A stretch of 62,583 nt of DNA, the filler included. It is 4 parts of 4 records of this genome, joined end to end, with 100 filler letters (N's around TTAATTAATTAA, not from the genome) between each part and the next. Parts side by side here need not be neighbours in the genome. Positions count along the whole stretch, not along the records: positions 1 to 29,313 come from SRR20825019_3051; positions 29,414 to 39,526 come from SRR20825019_3055; 2 more parts are not named here. One strand, given 5' to 3'. The notes under the pieces were generated by a model that saw only the letters and a program-made list of their open reading frames with translations, did no database searches and was not told the DNA's origin. Position 1 is the stretch's first letter; the number at the start of each line of letters is the position of its first letter. Of this stretch, positions 22,410 to 33,924 are shown piece after piece. The position numbers were made by a program, and so were the translations under genes.

Positions 22410-23783
22410 ATGCATATTAGTCTTGAGTTTCTATGTCTTATTGCCGCTGCTGTGGCCTACTATCTGTGGAAGCGCCGGGACGTGCAGGGAGGGTGGCTGC
22501 CCTTCGTCGGAATCGCGCTCGAGTTTGCCAAGGACCCCGGGGCCTGCATATCGCGTCTGTACGAGAAGGGCGACGACACGAGCGTGACGGTGCAGCTGGC
22601 CAACTCAGACATTGTCTTTCTGAAGCAGGAGAAGGACATGAAGGTGTTTTACAACTCACCGGCTGATGACATTTCGTTCTTCGAGGTGCTATCGATGTTC
22701 GGGTTCGACGACACGTCCCTGCCCATCGGCATCACCGGGCCGGAGAACGACAATGCAGGCATCCAGTCACTCATGGCCAACGTGATACCCAAGTTCAGCG
22801 GGGCGGCGCCGATCGTTGACGAGGAGTCGAAGCACGCCATGGAGTCGTTTGCCGGGCAGACGGAGCTGGACTTCGCCCACCTCGCCCGCAACGTGTTCAT
22901 TCAGACGACCGCCCGCATGCTGTTCCACGAGAACGAAGACTTGGGCATGCGGATAGGGCGCAACCGCGAGGTGCTGGAGCTCGTAAGCGACTTTGAGACC
23001 ACGATGGTCAAGTACGTCCGCACAGTGGTGTTCAAGGGAGACGTGCGAAACAGGATGGGGGCCGCGCGGACCCGGGTGATCGAGATTATCGAGGGTGAAA
23101 TCCGGGCGGAGCAGGAGAAGGGGGGAGAGGTGACCTCGTTTGTGCAGCACATCCTGGACCGGGGATACTCCGTATCCGAGGCGAGCGGGGAGGTGTTCAA
23201 CTACCTTTTTGCCACCATTGCCAACACGCACAACGCCTGCGCCCTCCTGCTGGCCTTCCTCCAGTCTAATGAGGAGCTGCTGGGCAGCCTTGCCAAGGAA
23301 TGTCGCGAGAATGTGCCGGGAGACGGGCTGATCTCCCCGGAGCTGTACGAGTCCATGCCTGTTCTGGCCAACAGCGTGAGGGAATGCCAGCGCCTCGGCG
23401 CCCCGGCGCTTCACTTTAGGATCGCGAAGAAGGATATCTCACTGCCGAGCGGGCTGGTCATCAAGAAGGGCGGGGTGATGGGGGTCTCTCCATACACCAT
23501 CCACCGCAACCCCGCCAAGTACACTGACCCGCTCCGGTTCAACCCCTCGCGGCACGCCAAGGGAACCAAGCCGTTCGATTTCTTGACGTTTGGCCGGGGC
23601 TTGCACAAGTGTCCCGGCATGAAGCTGGCGGACATTGAGATGGGAGTCCTGGTGGCCAGGCTGCTCAAGACTTACCAGATCAAGCCCACCAACAAGATGC
23701 CGGACCTGTGCTGGGAGACCAACGGCGTGGCGTCGCCAGTTCCCCCGGCGATGGTGGATCTGACCAGCCCCGTCGTAGCGTGA
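22410..23783 (+). CDS. Cytochrome P450 (membrane-anchored; CYP7/8/39/51-like features)
   Basis: N-terminal anchor, GWLPFVG, K-helix ECQR, PLRFNPSR, and heme motif FGRGLHKCPG. Intronless. Confidence 0.93.
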   Translation: MHISLEFLCLIAAAVAYYLWKRRDVQGGWLPFVGIALEFAKDPGACISRLYEKGDDTSVTVQLANSDIVFLKQEKDMKVFYNSPADDISFFEVLSMFGFDDTSLPIGITGPENDNAGIQSLMANVIPKFSGAAPIVDEESKHAMESFAGQTELDFAHLARNVFIQTTARMLFHENEDLGMRIGRNREVLELVSDFETTMVKYVRTVVFKGDVRNRMGAARTRVIEIIEGEIRAEQEKGGEVTSFVQHILDRGYSVSEASGEVFNYLFATIANTHNACALLLAFLQSNEELLGSLAKECRENVPGDGLISPELYESMPVLANSVRECQRLGAPALHFRIAKKDISLPSGLVIKKGGVMGVSPYTIHRNPAKYTDPLRFNPSRHAKGTKPFDFLTFGRGLHKCPGMKLADIEMGVLVARLLKTYQIKPTNKMPDLCWETNGVASPVPPAMVDLTSPVVA

Positions 23784-24061
23784 TGATGTGGGGCAACTGC
23801 TAGGAGTGAAGGCGCGATTAGGTTGCTATGATGGCGCGCGCGACCATAGCACGCTGCTGCAATGGTCAGTGTGTGGCACCGCTCTATAAACTTCGCGGAT
23901 GAAGACACTGTCGGAGCCGTGAGTGCCGTCCGCACGGCAGAACTGAGAAGATGGTTGGGTCAGGGGGGAGGCTGAGGCCCGGGCGCTGTTTGCAATTAGC
24001 CAGGGATCGCCTGGGAAACACCGAACCACTCGTGCACAACGCATGATGGTCCGCCGGTGGT

Positions 24062-26781
24062 TTATTCCTCCTTTGGAGTCACGCGTTTGTAGTCGAGCTT
24101 GCAGTGCCCGGTCACATGCGCCACGACCTCCTCGCCTCTGGTGATCTTGATCTCTCCGCGAAGGGCATGGCATACCTGCACCAGCATCCCTCCGCTCAAC
24201 AACCATTTTCCGAGAACAGTACAACCCCTCTTACCTTCTTCTCGACGTCCACCAAGGCATGGAGAGTGCAATATGGGTTCGACATTAGATCCAGGGGCAC
24301 CTCAGTCTGCAATGGCTCCGCGTCAAACCAAGGGCCCCGCCAGGCAGGGGAGAATCGATATACCTTTCCTTCCTTGGCAGCTTTATAGGCTAACCGCGCA
24401 AAGTAGTCCGGGCCAACATAGCTGTGGCCTCCACCGAGGTCGCGGCGGTCGTGTGTCATGCGGATATACCACTCATGCGCATCCTTCTTGGCGCTGGTGA
24501 CGCAGATGGTCGCCTATTTATCGTCAAGGTTAGCAGTCATTACAAAGGGCCAACCGCCCGGGGCCATGCCTTGCACAGGGTAATCGGGTTTTCCGCCGTG
24601 AGCCACAGGTCGCAGGAGTAGTCATCGCCAAGCCCGTCTCCCTTCTGGGTCTTCACCGCCTGTTCCCAATATTAGACACAACCGTCATATCCCGGACAGG
24701 ACCGTCCTTACCTCGTCGTATGTGTTCCACAGGCAGTCCAGCGCCTCATCCGCGTACTCAAACTCTATGCTCTGCACAAATTGACATCAGACATCTCAAC
24801 AGCTGCCAGGCCACGGCCGCACCTTGGTCTTGTCGCCGGGCCCCAAGAACACGGCGCGGTACGTTAGCGGGGATGGGTAGGTGTGATGGATGCGGTGGCG
24901 GTTGTTGCCCTCGTAAGCCTTCTCACCGCCGATCGGCGCCCCGAAGCTGCCGCGGAATGTCATCAATACCGTCTCATACTGCGGGAAAAATACGGTTAGC
25001 ACCGCACGTGCCGGCAGTGAAGACAACACGGGGCACTCACCTCCTCCAGCTTCATATTGGTTGGAGTTCCGTCTGGCCATGGGATCACAACAATGTCAGA
25101 AGTGCGGCCCGGCCACGCGATGAAATCCCATCTTGTCACCCACCGTTCCAGGAATATCCGCCTGAGAAGCCGTCTTCCTGTCCAGACACGGTCGTCTCTG
25201 CCTGCTTCCATTCGCCATTCAACAAGTACTCGACGTTGACCTGTGTAAACGATTCGTCAGCCGGGGATCGGTCTTGGCGTGGGCCTGGATGGCCGGGCCG
25301 GCGCACCTCGCGAATCGGGAGGGTCTTCTCGGCGGGGTTGTATATTGTGATGACGGGGGTGGACATGTGCATGTAGAGCATCGACTTGTTGTATTCGTTG
25401 TGGAGCATCGCATGATGGAACGACTGCAGGGAGGTCGGGGGCCCAGGCTTGACCTTCAACTCGAGCTCAAGTTCTCCCTAGAGAGTCAATTGATACATTA
25501 GAAATCAAACTGAAGTGTGGCCTCCCCGTGAACACAAACCTCGATTTTGGGTTCCGTGCGGATGGCGGGCTTCTCCTTGAGATGCTGCAGAACCAGTACT
25601 TAGCAGCAGTTCCGTGTTCCCGGTACTGCGCCGACCCACCTGTGCCAGTTCCGGCAGCTTAGAGACCGTTTCGGTGGGCACCGCACAGGCGGATTCGAAG
25701 CTGCGCTTGGGCTGGGAGAGCAGCTCGGTGTTGACGATCTTGAAGCGTTGCGCGTTCATTTTGAAGCGGACGACCCGGACGTGGGGTTCAGAGTCCTGTG
25801 GGGGTTAGGTCAGGCCATGGCCGTGCCGTGGTGTGATGCGGGGGGCCAACCTGAGTGACTTTGACCACAATCTTGACCCCGGTCGTCTTGCCATCCTCAA
25901 CGAGGTAGTGGCACTCCGAGTACCACGGGGCCTGGGACGGGTCCTCCTCTGCCATAGTGCATTGTCAACTGTCAGTCACTACAACCACCAGCGACCAGCC
26001 GCCTGCGTACCAGCGCATTCACGGTGGATAAGGGTCTCATTGGCTCCCCGCGCCTCATCGGCCATCATGGCAAACTCACGCGGCTTCCACGCCACGCCCC
26101 ATACTGGCATCATCTTCTCGCCCCAATCGTCCTTGAAAAGCCGCTCTGTCTCGTAGTGCTTGATGACCAGAACATCAAAGACACCCCCATCCGTGTGGTT
26201 TGCCTCTGTCGTCTTTTAGTTTATATGGTCAGCGGGCATCGCTCCTACCATAATAGAAACTCCCACCTGTCCCACCACAACCGATGAGAGGGCATCGGAC
26301 ACCAGTCCGGGCGGGCTCCTCTCCCAGTCATAGAGGTCAATGCGGCCGTACACCTGGGGTTTAGGCTAGGATCAGAACCGAACCCGCAGACGAGTCCGTG
26401 TGACCAAGCGATCTTACATTTTCAAGCGGCTTGTGCTGGACAGAGTAGAACAGCTGCACCTGGTCCTCGATCGTGCTGGCTGTGCCCTGCAGGGACGAAG
26501 CCCGACGTGTCAGCGGGCAGCTCCATGCCACACCCCCCGCGGCTGATGCCACCTACCCCGAACGCGGAGGCTCCGTCAAAGTCCCCCGGGGCCCCAAAGT
26601 CCATGTCGTCACTCTCACCCTCGTCCTTTAAGTAGTCATCGCCAACGAACCCGCTAAAGCCCCGCGAGATCAGCTCCTTGATGAGCTCCTGTGGGTTCAC
26701 GTCAGTGTGGCCAGCCACACTCGCAGCCAGTGCTGCCCTCACCTCCACGGAGGCGTCCTCCAGCAGCTTCCCTCCTCCCAT
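24062..26781 (-). CDS. Intron-rich hypothetical protein (about 12 or more short introns)
   Basis: ATG 26781 (MGGGKLLEDASVEVRAAL). Successive short exons are bounded by GT..AG, e.g. ...KTK|SIEFEYADEALDCLWNTYDE|AVKTQKGDG... and ...VEKK|VCHALRGEIKITRG...TPKEE-TAA at 24062. No family recognised, and not every junction was resolved. Confidence 0.6.
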
Positions 26782-28590
26782 TTAGACTCACTCCTTCTGT
26801 GTCTTGGCGTTGGAAGAGACGAGCACTCGTATATACACCAAGTTGGTGGCTCGCTCAAGCGAACACAGCCACAACCACCAGCAGCCGGGTGGAGGGACAA
26901 GGCTCCTCCGAAATGCGACGACGTGTGATGGCTGGGTCCTCGTGGCACTGCTATCGGCCTCGGTCGGCCTGAGTCGGCCCCACGTGTCAATCTGCCCTAT
27001 CCCGGCCGGTGCCTGTCTGTTGGGCTGGCCGGGTCATTGGTGCTGACCAGGCTCCATGCTGAGACTAGCGCGGCGGCTGGAGGCCATGCAGAGGTCCACC
27101 GAGCTGCACGGACTCAGTCGTCGCCGTTGGTCACGAGGCGTCACTGAGCCTCTAGCGCCGGGAGGGTGGTGGCGGTCGGCCAACGGTGGTGAATGGCACC
27201 GATCCCTCTCCGGCAGTCAGTGGACGGGCGCCGGGATCGCGGCCCGGTACTAGAGCCGAACCGTGTGGCGGGGTGTCCCCCTCCTTCGTCGCCACACGCG
27301 AGCCCGACGGCCGGAGTGCCGGGCGCCGTGCGGCCGGTCGCCGGGTCGGACCGTGCCGCTGCTGGGTCAGGAGTAACGGTTGGTGGTAGGACGATCTCGC
27401 GAACCGGGAGATCGGTTTTGAGCTCGTCAGGATTTGATCGCCAGACTTCGCTACTATAAATAGTAAACCTCCATAGCTGGAGTCGTTGTTCCAACTCGGA
27501 ACGATCAGCCTGAGCCGGGACCTGACTGTCGCCGGCCCCAGTCGCACCAAGCCGGCGAACCCGGCCGTCGTGCGGAGTCGGCAGCGGCCTCCGGGCCTCC
27601 GTCCGGGCGGGTGGCCTCGCCTGCATGGAGTGGGGCCGGTGCGCGGCCGGCCGCGGGCCCGACGTGACGGCTCAAAGGGCGCACGTGGGTGGGCCAGCTA
27701 GACCGAGACAGTCACGTGACCGGGCTGGCGGCTGTCTTGTCAGTGTCTGCCGGCCAGGCGCCGGCCAGGTTCCGTTCGGCCTTCTCAACGCGAAGTCGGG
27801 CAGCTCCGGACCGGCCGGTGACACTAGAAGCCCAGGGCCACTCTCACTAGACGTATGCCTAGTGACCAGTCACTCAGGTGATAGTTGTGTGAGCCTGCAC
27901 CCACGCTGGCGGCCCCCCCAGTGATTCACCGTGCTGGCCAGGCGGGTGGTGGTGTGGTTAGGTTAGGGCCTACTTGAAGCAGTCCCTGCCCGGCAGGCAG
28001 GGACCGAGACTCCATAATCGGCATTCCCTTGAGCTCACCCGCAGCGCTTCGCTTGGAGTTTTCCAGCTTTATTAAGTGCCTATTTTGGAGGCAGCGGAGC
28101 GCAGCTCGCACCGTGCGCCGTCCCGGCAGCACCGTCCCGGCAGCACCGTCCCACAGCCCTCGGGCCGGTGAAGGTTCCGACGAGATGATTTAAATCTCAT
28201 CAATACAAGGGAGGTCCCCCTCCCCCCCCAAAGGCGCTGGGCTCGCCGGCACATCAAAGTCTGCCCGCCTCCTTTCCTTTCTATAAATATGCCTTGCCGG
28301 TTCTCTGCGACTGAAATTATTACTGAATACCAGTTATAATTATTCCGGAGTACCTCCGCCTTTGATCGCAAGAGACTGACTTAATTTTGAAAATCATATA
28401 TATACCTCGATACCAGCAGCAAGGATACCTGAACGTATAGAAAGCCAAATAACACATCTGGGAAGAGGGTGCGACTTTGACTTAGAACCGACCGAACCTC
28501 GAAATCAAAAAGCAGATCTACCGAGCAACTCCTGGAAGTAACCCCGAAGTAACTGAAGTTCCTGGGCTATATCGCATATTCTAAACGGTG

Positions 28591-29313
28591 ATGAGAAATC
28601 GGCGTCCCGCCCTGCTGCTCAGCCTGGCGCTGGCATGTTGTGCCCTGGCCGCACCCAACGACGACAACCTGCGTGGCCGCGCGCCGGGAGGCCCCAACGC
28701 CTGCCCACTGGGGAATATGCACTCCAGTGGCCCTGACGATACCAAGTTTTTGATCCGCCTTAACCAAGTAAGCCGCCGGGAGGCGCGGGCCATCTGTGAC
28801 GAGTTTACGGATGAGGATGAAGACGAGCAAGTCCGGATTGCCGGGCCCCGCCGCCCCCGCGGCCACTGCGGGCGCCAGAAACGAGGCGACCGCTCCCAGA
28901 TGACCGCAGAACAGGAGTCTGTCGCAGCCAATTTAGGAGTCCTGGCCCTGACGCTCGACAGGCTGGAGGACGTTGAGGCCGTCCAGGAAGTCCTCTCACG
29001 GCACGGTGGGTGCCAGTACATGGAGCGAGACCAGGAGGTCCACGCCGTGGAGGCCTCCACCCCCCGCTCGTGGGGCATTGACAGAATTGACCAGGCGGAC
29101 CTGCCGTTGGACAGCCAGTACACCCTCCCCGGGGCCGACGGCTCAGGCACGCACGTCTACATTATCGACACCGGCGTTCAGTCCCACTCGGAGTACGCGG
29201 GCCGGCTTGGAGATGGATACGATTTCGTTGACGACGACAATGATGCCACGGACTGCCATGGGCACGGCACTCATTGCGCGGGTGAGTGTGTATAAGTGTG
29301 CCTCCATCAATGC
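28591..29313 (+). CDS. Secreted subtilisin-like (S8A, proteinase K-type) serine protease, 3' truncated by contig end
   Basis: Signal peptide, I9-like prodomain ending YMERDQEV, SWGIDRIDQ, catalytic Asp in VYIIDTG, and His in DCHGHGTHCAG. Intron donor GTGAGT at 29282. Confidence 0.92.
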
Positions 29314-29413
29314 NNNNNNNNNNNNNNNNNNNNNNNNNNNNNNNNNNNNNNNNNNNNTTAATTAATTAANNNNNNNNNNNNNNNNNNNNNNNNNNNNNNN
29401 NNNNNNNNNNNNN
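29314..29413. other. Artificial contig linker N44-TTAATTAATTAA-N44
   Basis: 100 bp with a six-frame stop spacer; identical at three positions. Confidence 0.98.
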
Positions 29414-29460
29414 GGTCCCGGCTCTCCGGCCGGAATGACGGCTTTAAATAGGTGTTCGGC

Positions 29461-30426
29461 TCAGTCAGCCAGAATGCCTTCGACCAGCTTCTGCACCGAG
29501 AGTGCATCGGCGGCGGAGGGCATGGTGTGTTTGCCGCCATCCATCCAGCGCGCGACATTGTCGATCTGCCGGGGCACGGAGACCGAACGCGGATCGGCCG
29601 GCAGTTCCATACCCAGCTCCCACGGGCCGCCACTGGTCTGTTCCAGAATGTAGAACCCGCTGAGGCGCATGCTCTTCTTCGTGCCGTAGAAGGTGCCCTC
29701 GATCCGGTCGGGACCGACACCGCCGACAGCGGCGCTGTAGCTTACCGGAACGCCGCTGCAGTCCAGCATGGCATGGACATGGGTCTCGCAGAGCTTCGGG
29801 TCGGCCTGATAGGTCGGCTTGCTCCAGAGCAGCTTGGCCCGGCCGAGGAAGCGTTCTGTCACGTATAGATAGTGCGAGGTGACTTCGCGGGTGTAGCCGC
29901 CCTGGTCGCGGAAACGCAGCCACTCGGCGTCGGCCTGCCAGTCGCGCGGCCATTGGGAGAAATGCATCACCAGCTCGGCGCTGACGATGTCGCCCATTGA
30001 GCCGTCTTTGATCGCGGCTTCGATGATTTCCACACCCTCGAGGGAAGCCTGGGAGAAGTTGACGATGTTCGGTGTCTTGGTCTCTTCCAGGCGGCGGACC
30101 ATCTCCTCGCTCTCCGGCACGGAGATGCCGAGCGGCTTCTCGCAATAGACCGGCTTGCCGGCATCCATGGCGAGATCGGCATAATGCTTATGGAAGGCAG
30201 GCGGACTGGCGATATAGACGAGATCGGCTTCCGGTGCGGCGATCATGGCTTCGGCGCTGTCCCAGATTTTCACGTCCGGGAATTCGGCTCTGGCGGTGGC
30301 GACGGACTCGGCGCTCGGATCCCAGGCCCCCATAACCGTGAAACGGTCATGCGGGATCATGTACTGGATCATGCGGCGGCCCATGATTCCGAGGCCGATG
30401 ACGACGATGTTGTAGCTCTTGCTCAT
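29461..30426 (-). CDS. Gfo/Idh/MocA family oxidoreductase
   Basis: VIGLGIMG Rossmann motif, DLVYIASPP..H, GKPVYCEKP. Confidence 0.92.
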   Translation of the reverse strand: MSKSYNIVVIGLGIMGRRMIQYMIPHDRFTVMGAWDPSAESVATARAEFPDVKIWDSAEAMIAAPEADLVYIASPPAFHKHYADLAMDAGKPVYCEKPLGISVPESEEMVRRLEETKTPNIVNFSQASLEGVEIIEAAIKDGSMGDIVSAELVMHFSQWPRDWQADAEWLRFRDQGGYTREVTSHYLYVTERFLGRAKLLWSKPTYQADPKLCETHVHAMLDCSGVPVSYSAAVGGVGPDRIEGTFYGTKKSMRLSGFYILEQTSGGPWELGMELPADPRSVSVPRQIDNVARWMDGGKHTMPSAADALSVQKLVEGILAD

Positions 30427-30462
30427 TAGTCTTCTGGGCTTTCTGTTCTTCTGTAAGCGCTC

Positions 30463-32046
30463 TTAGTAGCCGATGGCCATGCCATCCTTGCGCGGATCGG
30501 AGCCGGCCTGAAGCACGCCGGTTTCCGGATCGCGCCAGACGCACTGGCTGCCGCCGGTCGCCTTGTCCTGCCGCTCGAGCTTGTGGCCCTTGGCTTCCAG
30601 CGCTGTATAGGTCTCCGGCGCGAATTCGCTCTCGACCTGCAGGACGCCTTCGGTGGCGAAGCTGCGCGGGGCATCCATGGCTTCCTGGATGTCGTGGCCG
30701 AGATCGACCACGTTGGAGATGAAGTTGGCTTGACCGGTGGACTGGTACTGGCCGCCCATGACGCCGAATGGGGCCACGGCGGTACCGTTCTTGTAGACGA
30801 AACCCGGGATGATGGTGTGCATCGGGCGCTTGCGCGGCTCGATGCAGTTCGGGTGGCCTTCCTTCAGGTGGAAGCTGTTGCCGCGGCTGTGCAGCATGAC
30901 GCCGGATTTCGGTGCCATGATGGTGCTGCCGAAGCCGGAGAACAGCGAATTGATGAAGGAAATCGCGTTGCCCTGCTCGTCGATGCAGGAGAGATAAATA
31001 GTGTCACGATGCAACGGGAAGTCGCTGTCTTCGAAATTACCAGCCTTGTCCATGTCGACCATGGCCCGCATCTGGGCGGTATGCTCCTCGCCGAGCATCC
31101 ATTCGACCGGCACGTCGGAAAATTTCTGGTCGGCGACATAGCGGTCGCGCTGGTGATAGCCGATCTTGGTGGCTTCCGCGATCACATGCACCCGGTCCGC
31201 CTCGCTGAGAGACTTCATGTCGAACCCGGCGAGGATGTTCAGGATCATCAGAGCGCAGATGCCCTGCCCATTCGGCGGGATCTCATAGATATCGTAGCCT
31301 TTGTAGTCGGTCCGGATCGGCTCGACATATTCGACATCGGCCGCGGCGAAATCTTCCATCGTGTGCAGACCGCCGAGGGAGTTCAGCTTGGCCACCATGT
31401 CTTCGGCGACTTCGCCCGTGTAGAAAGCGTCGCGGCCACCGGCGGCGATTTTCTTCAGGGTCTCGGCCAGAAGCGGCTGGCTATGGATCGTGCCGGCCTT
31501 CGGCGCCTTGCCGTCCATCAGCATGTTCTTGGCGCTTGCCGGATCGGCGGCGAGCGCTTCCACTTCATTCACCCAGTCATGGGCAACGCGCGGATGCACG
31601 ACATAGCCTTGTTCGGCGAACTCGATGGCGGGCTGCAGGATCTCGGCGAAGTTTTTAGAGCCGTGGTCCTCGATCAGCTTGGCCCATGCGGCGATCGCAC
31701 CGGGCACCGTCACCGCGTGCGGGCTGTGCAGCGGGATTTCATCCTTCAAACCAAGCTCGTTCAGCTTGGCAAGAGTGGCGGCGGCAGGGGCCTTGCCGGA
31801 GCCGTTCAGGGCAATCGGCTTGCTGGCGCCTTTCGGGGCGTAGAGGGCGAAACAGTCGCCACCGATGCCGGTCATGGCGGGCTCGACCACGCACATCACG
31901 GCGCAGGCTGTGATGGCCGCATCCACGGCGTTACCGCCGGATTTCAGGATCGAGAGACCTGCCTGGGTGGCCAGCGGGTGGCTGGTGGCAATCGCCGCTC
32001 TGCGGGCAAAAACGGGGGAACGTCCGGGGAGTTGGAAATTTCTCAT
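30463..32046 (-). CDS. ggt: Gamma-glutamyltransferase family protein (no signal peptide)
   Basis: GGNAVDAA, GIGGDCF, PPNGQG, nucleophile Thr in HRDTIYL, KRPMHTIIPG, GVMGG, and SDPRKDG. Likely start MRNFQLPGRS at 32046. Confidence 0.92.
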   Translation of the reverse strand: MRNFQLPGRSPVFARRAAIATSHPLATQAGLSILKSGGNAVDAAITACAVMCVVEPAMTGIGGDCFALYAPKGASKPIALNGSGKAPAAATLAKLNELGLKDEIPLHSPHAVTVPGAIAAWAKLIEDHGSKNFAEILQPAIEFAEQGYVVHPRVAHDWVNEVEALAADPASAKNMLMDGKAPKAGTIHSQPLLAETLKKIAAGGRDAFYTGEVAEDMVAKLNSLGGLHTMEDFAAADVEYVEPIRTDYKGYDIYEIPPNGQGICALMILNILAGFDMKSLSEADRVHVIAEATKIGYHQRDRYVADQKFSDVPVEWMLGEEHTAQMRAMVDMDKAGNFEDSDFPLHRDTIYLSCIDEQGNAISFINSLFSGFGSTIMAPKSGVMLHSRGNSFHLKEGHPNCIEPRKRPMHTIIPGFVYKNGTAVAPFGVMGGQYQSTGQANFISNVVDLGHDIQEAMDAPRSFATEGVLQVESEFAPETYTALEAKGHKLERQDKATGGSQCVWRDPETGVLQAGSDPRKDGMAIGY

Positions 32047-32233
32047 TGCTTTGGCTCTATCAGGTCTGAAAGGCGCATTCATGCGCGGGCAGGCGGCAAT
32101 CTGTGCAGGAACCGGCGTGGACACCGGAAACAGGGCTTCCCTAAGATGCGGCGCGAGTTGAGACAAGCGCCGTGGAACATCTTTCCACAATTCGGAACGA
32201 GTAACCAGACGGCGCAGGATACTGGGGAGTGAA

Positions 32234-33121
32234 ATGAATCAGAAGACCGTAATTACCTGTGCCGTGACCGGAAGCGCCGATACCAGCGGCAAGAGCCCGG
32301 CCGTGCCCGTGACACCAAAACAGATCGCCCAGTCCGCGCTTGATGCGGGCAAGGCGGGTGCTGCCGTGGTTCATATCCATGTGCGCGATCCGGAGACCGG
32401 AAAAGCGAGCATGGATCTGGAGCTGTACCGGGAGACTGTGGGCCGTATTCGCGAGACCGGCTCCGATATCGTCATCAATCTGACGACCGGCCCTGGCGGC
32501 CGCTTCATTCCGGGCGATGTCGAGCCGATCGATTTCGCCGCGGGCACCAGCCTGAAGGCGCCGGAAACCCGGATGCAGCACATTGCCGACCTGCTGCCGG
32601 ATATCTGCACGCTGGATGTGGCGACGCTGAATTTCGGCGAGCATGCGATGGTCAACGTGCCGAAGCATCTACGCGCCATGGCCGACCGGGCGAAAGAGCT
32701 GGGCGTCACGCCGGAGCTGGAAGTGTTCGACAGCGGCCACGTGTTGCTGGCGAAGCAGCTGATCAAGGAAGGCCATCTGAAATCGCCCGCCCTGTTCCAG
32801 CTTTGCCTCGGTATTCCGTGGGGCGCACCGGCAACGCCGGAAGGCATGGCCTTTATGAAGAGCCTGCTGCCGGAAGATGCGATGTGGTCCGCCTTCGGCA
32901 TTTCCCGTGGCGAGTTCCCGATGGTGGCCCAGGCGACCATGCTTGGCGGGCACACCCGTGTCGGGCTGGAAGACAATCTCTATATGGCCCGGGGCGAGTT
33001 GGCGAAAAGCAATGCGCAGCTTGTCGAACGCGCGGTGCAGATCATCGAGAGCATCGGTGGCGAGGTCGCGGATCCGAGCGAGGCCCGCACGGCCTTTGGT
33101 CTTGTCCGGCGCAACGACTGA
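32234..33121 (+). CDS. 3-keto-5-aminohexanoate cleavage enzyme family (BKACE/DUF849)
   Basis: ITCAVTG, AGAAVVHIHVRDP, PELEVFD, GGHTRVGLEDN. RBS GGGAG upstream. Confidence 0.93.
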   Translation: MNQKTVITCAVTGSADTSGKSPAVPVTPKQIAQSALDAGKAGAAVVHIHVRDPETGKASMDLELYRETVGRIRETGSDIVINLTTGPGGRFIPGDVEPIDFAAGTSLKAPETRMQHIADLLPDICTLDVATLNFGEHAMVNVPKHLRAMADRAKELGVTPELEVFDSGHVLLAKQLIKEGHLKSPALFQLCLGIPWGAPATPEGMAFMKSLLPEDAMWSAFGISRGEFPMVAQATMLGGHTRVGLEDNLYMARGELAKSNAQLVERAVQIIESIGGEVADPSEARTAFGLVRRND

Positions 33122-33135
33122 GAATTGGAATAGAC

Positions 33136-33897
33136 ATGTTGAAAGCTGATCTCAGCGGCAAGAAGGCGCTGGTTACCGGCGGTGCGTCCGGCATCGGGCG
33201 GGCGACGGCCCGCCTGCTGGCGGAATGCGGCGCGGAAGTCGCGGTGAACCACCTGCCCGACGATCCGCGCGGCAAAGAGACCGTCGCCGCGTTTCACCAG
33301 GCAGGCAACAAGGCGCATGCCATTCCCGGCAACGTGGCGGATCCGAAAGACGCGGACCGCATGGTGGCGGATGCCATCGAGACGCTCGGCGGGCTCGATA
33401 TCCTGATCAACAATGCCGGCACGCCGGTGTCGCTCGATCCGATCCCGTTCGAGGACATGGATGCGATGACGGAGGAGTTCTGGTCCACCATCATCAACAC
33501 CAACCTGATCGGCCCGTTCCGGTGTGCCCGCGCCGCCCGCGCGGCTTTGACCGACAGCCGGGGCTGTATCGTCAACACGGCCTCCATCGCGGCCTTCGGC
33601 GGCATCGGCAGCTCGATTGCCTATGCGGCATCGAAGGCGGGGTTGATGAACCTGACGAAGAACCTTGCGAAGGCGATGTCTCCCGAAGTACGGGTGAACG
33701 CGGTCGCGCCCGGCCTGGTGCGGACGCCCTGGACGGATGGCTGGCCCGAAGAGCGCAAGAACACTTCGGTCGCCAATTCCCTGCTGGGCCGGATGGTTGA
33801 GCCGGAGGATATTGCCGAGACCATGCTGTTCTTCTGCGCCAACGGCGCCGTGACCGGCCAGACTCTGCTGGTCGATTGCGGCCGGTTTGGCGCCTGA
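33136..33897 (+). CDS. SDR family oxidoreductase
   Basis: TGGASGIG, INNAG, catalytic YAASK, VRVNAVAPG. ATG at 33136. Confidence 0.93.
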   Translation: MLKADLSGKKALVTGGASGIGRATARLLAECGAEVAVNHLPDDPRGKETVAAFHQAGNKAHAIPGNVADPKDADRMVADAIETLGGLDILINNAGTPVSLDPIPFEDMDAMTEEFWSTIINTNLIGPFRCARAARAALTDSRGCIVNTASIAAFGGIGSSIAYAASKAGLMNLTKNLAKAMSPEVRVNAVAPGLVRTPWTDGWPEERKNTSVANSLLGRMVEPEDIAETMLFFCANGAVTGQTLLVDCGRFGA

Positions 33898-33924
33898 TCC
33901 TGATACCAAGCGGAGGTTGCTGCC

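Noticed and set aside
24514-24569. Non-canonical GC-AG intron (AAG|GCATGG...AAATAG on the minus strand)
   Set aside because: An in-frame GT donor (GCG|GTTGGC) 15 nt further in gives a 41-bp canonical intron. The two cannot be distinguished without transcripts.
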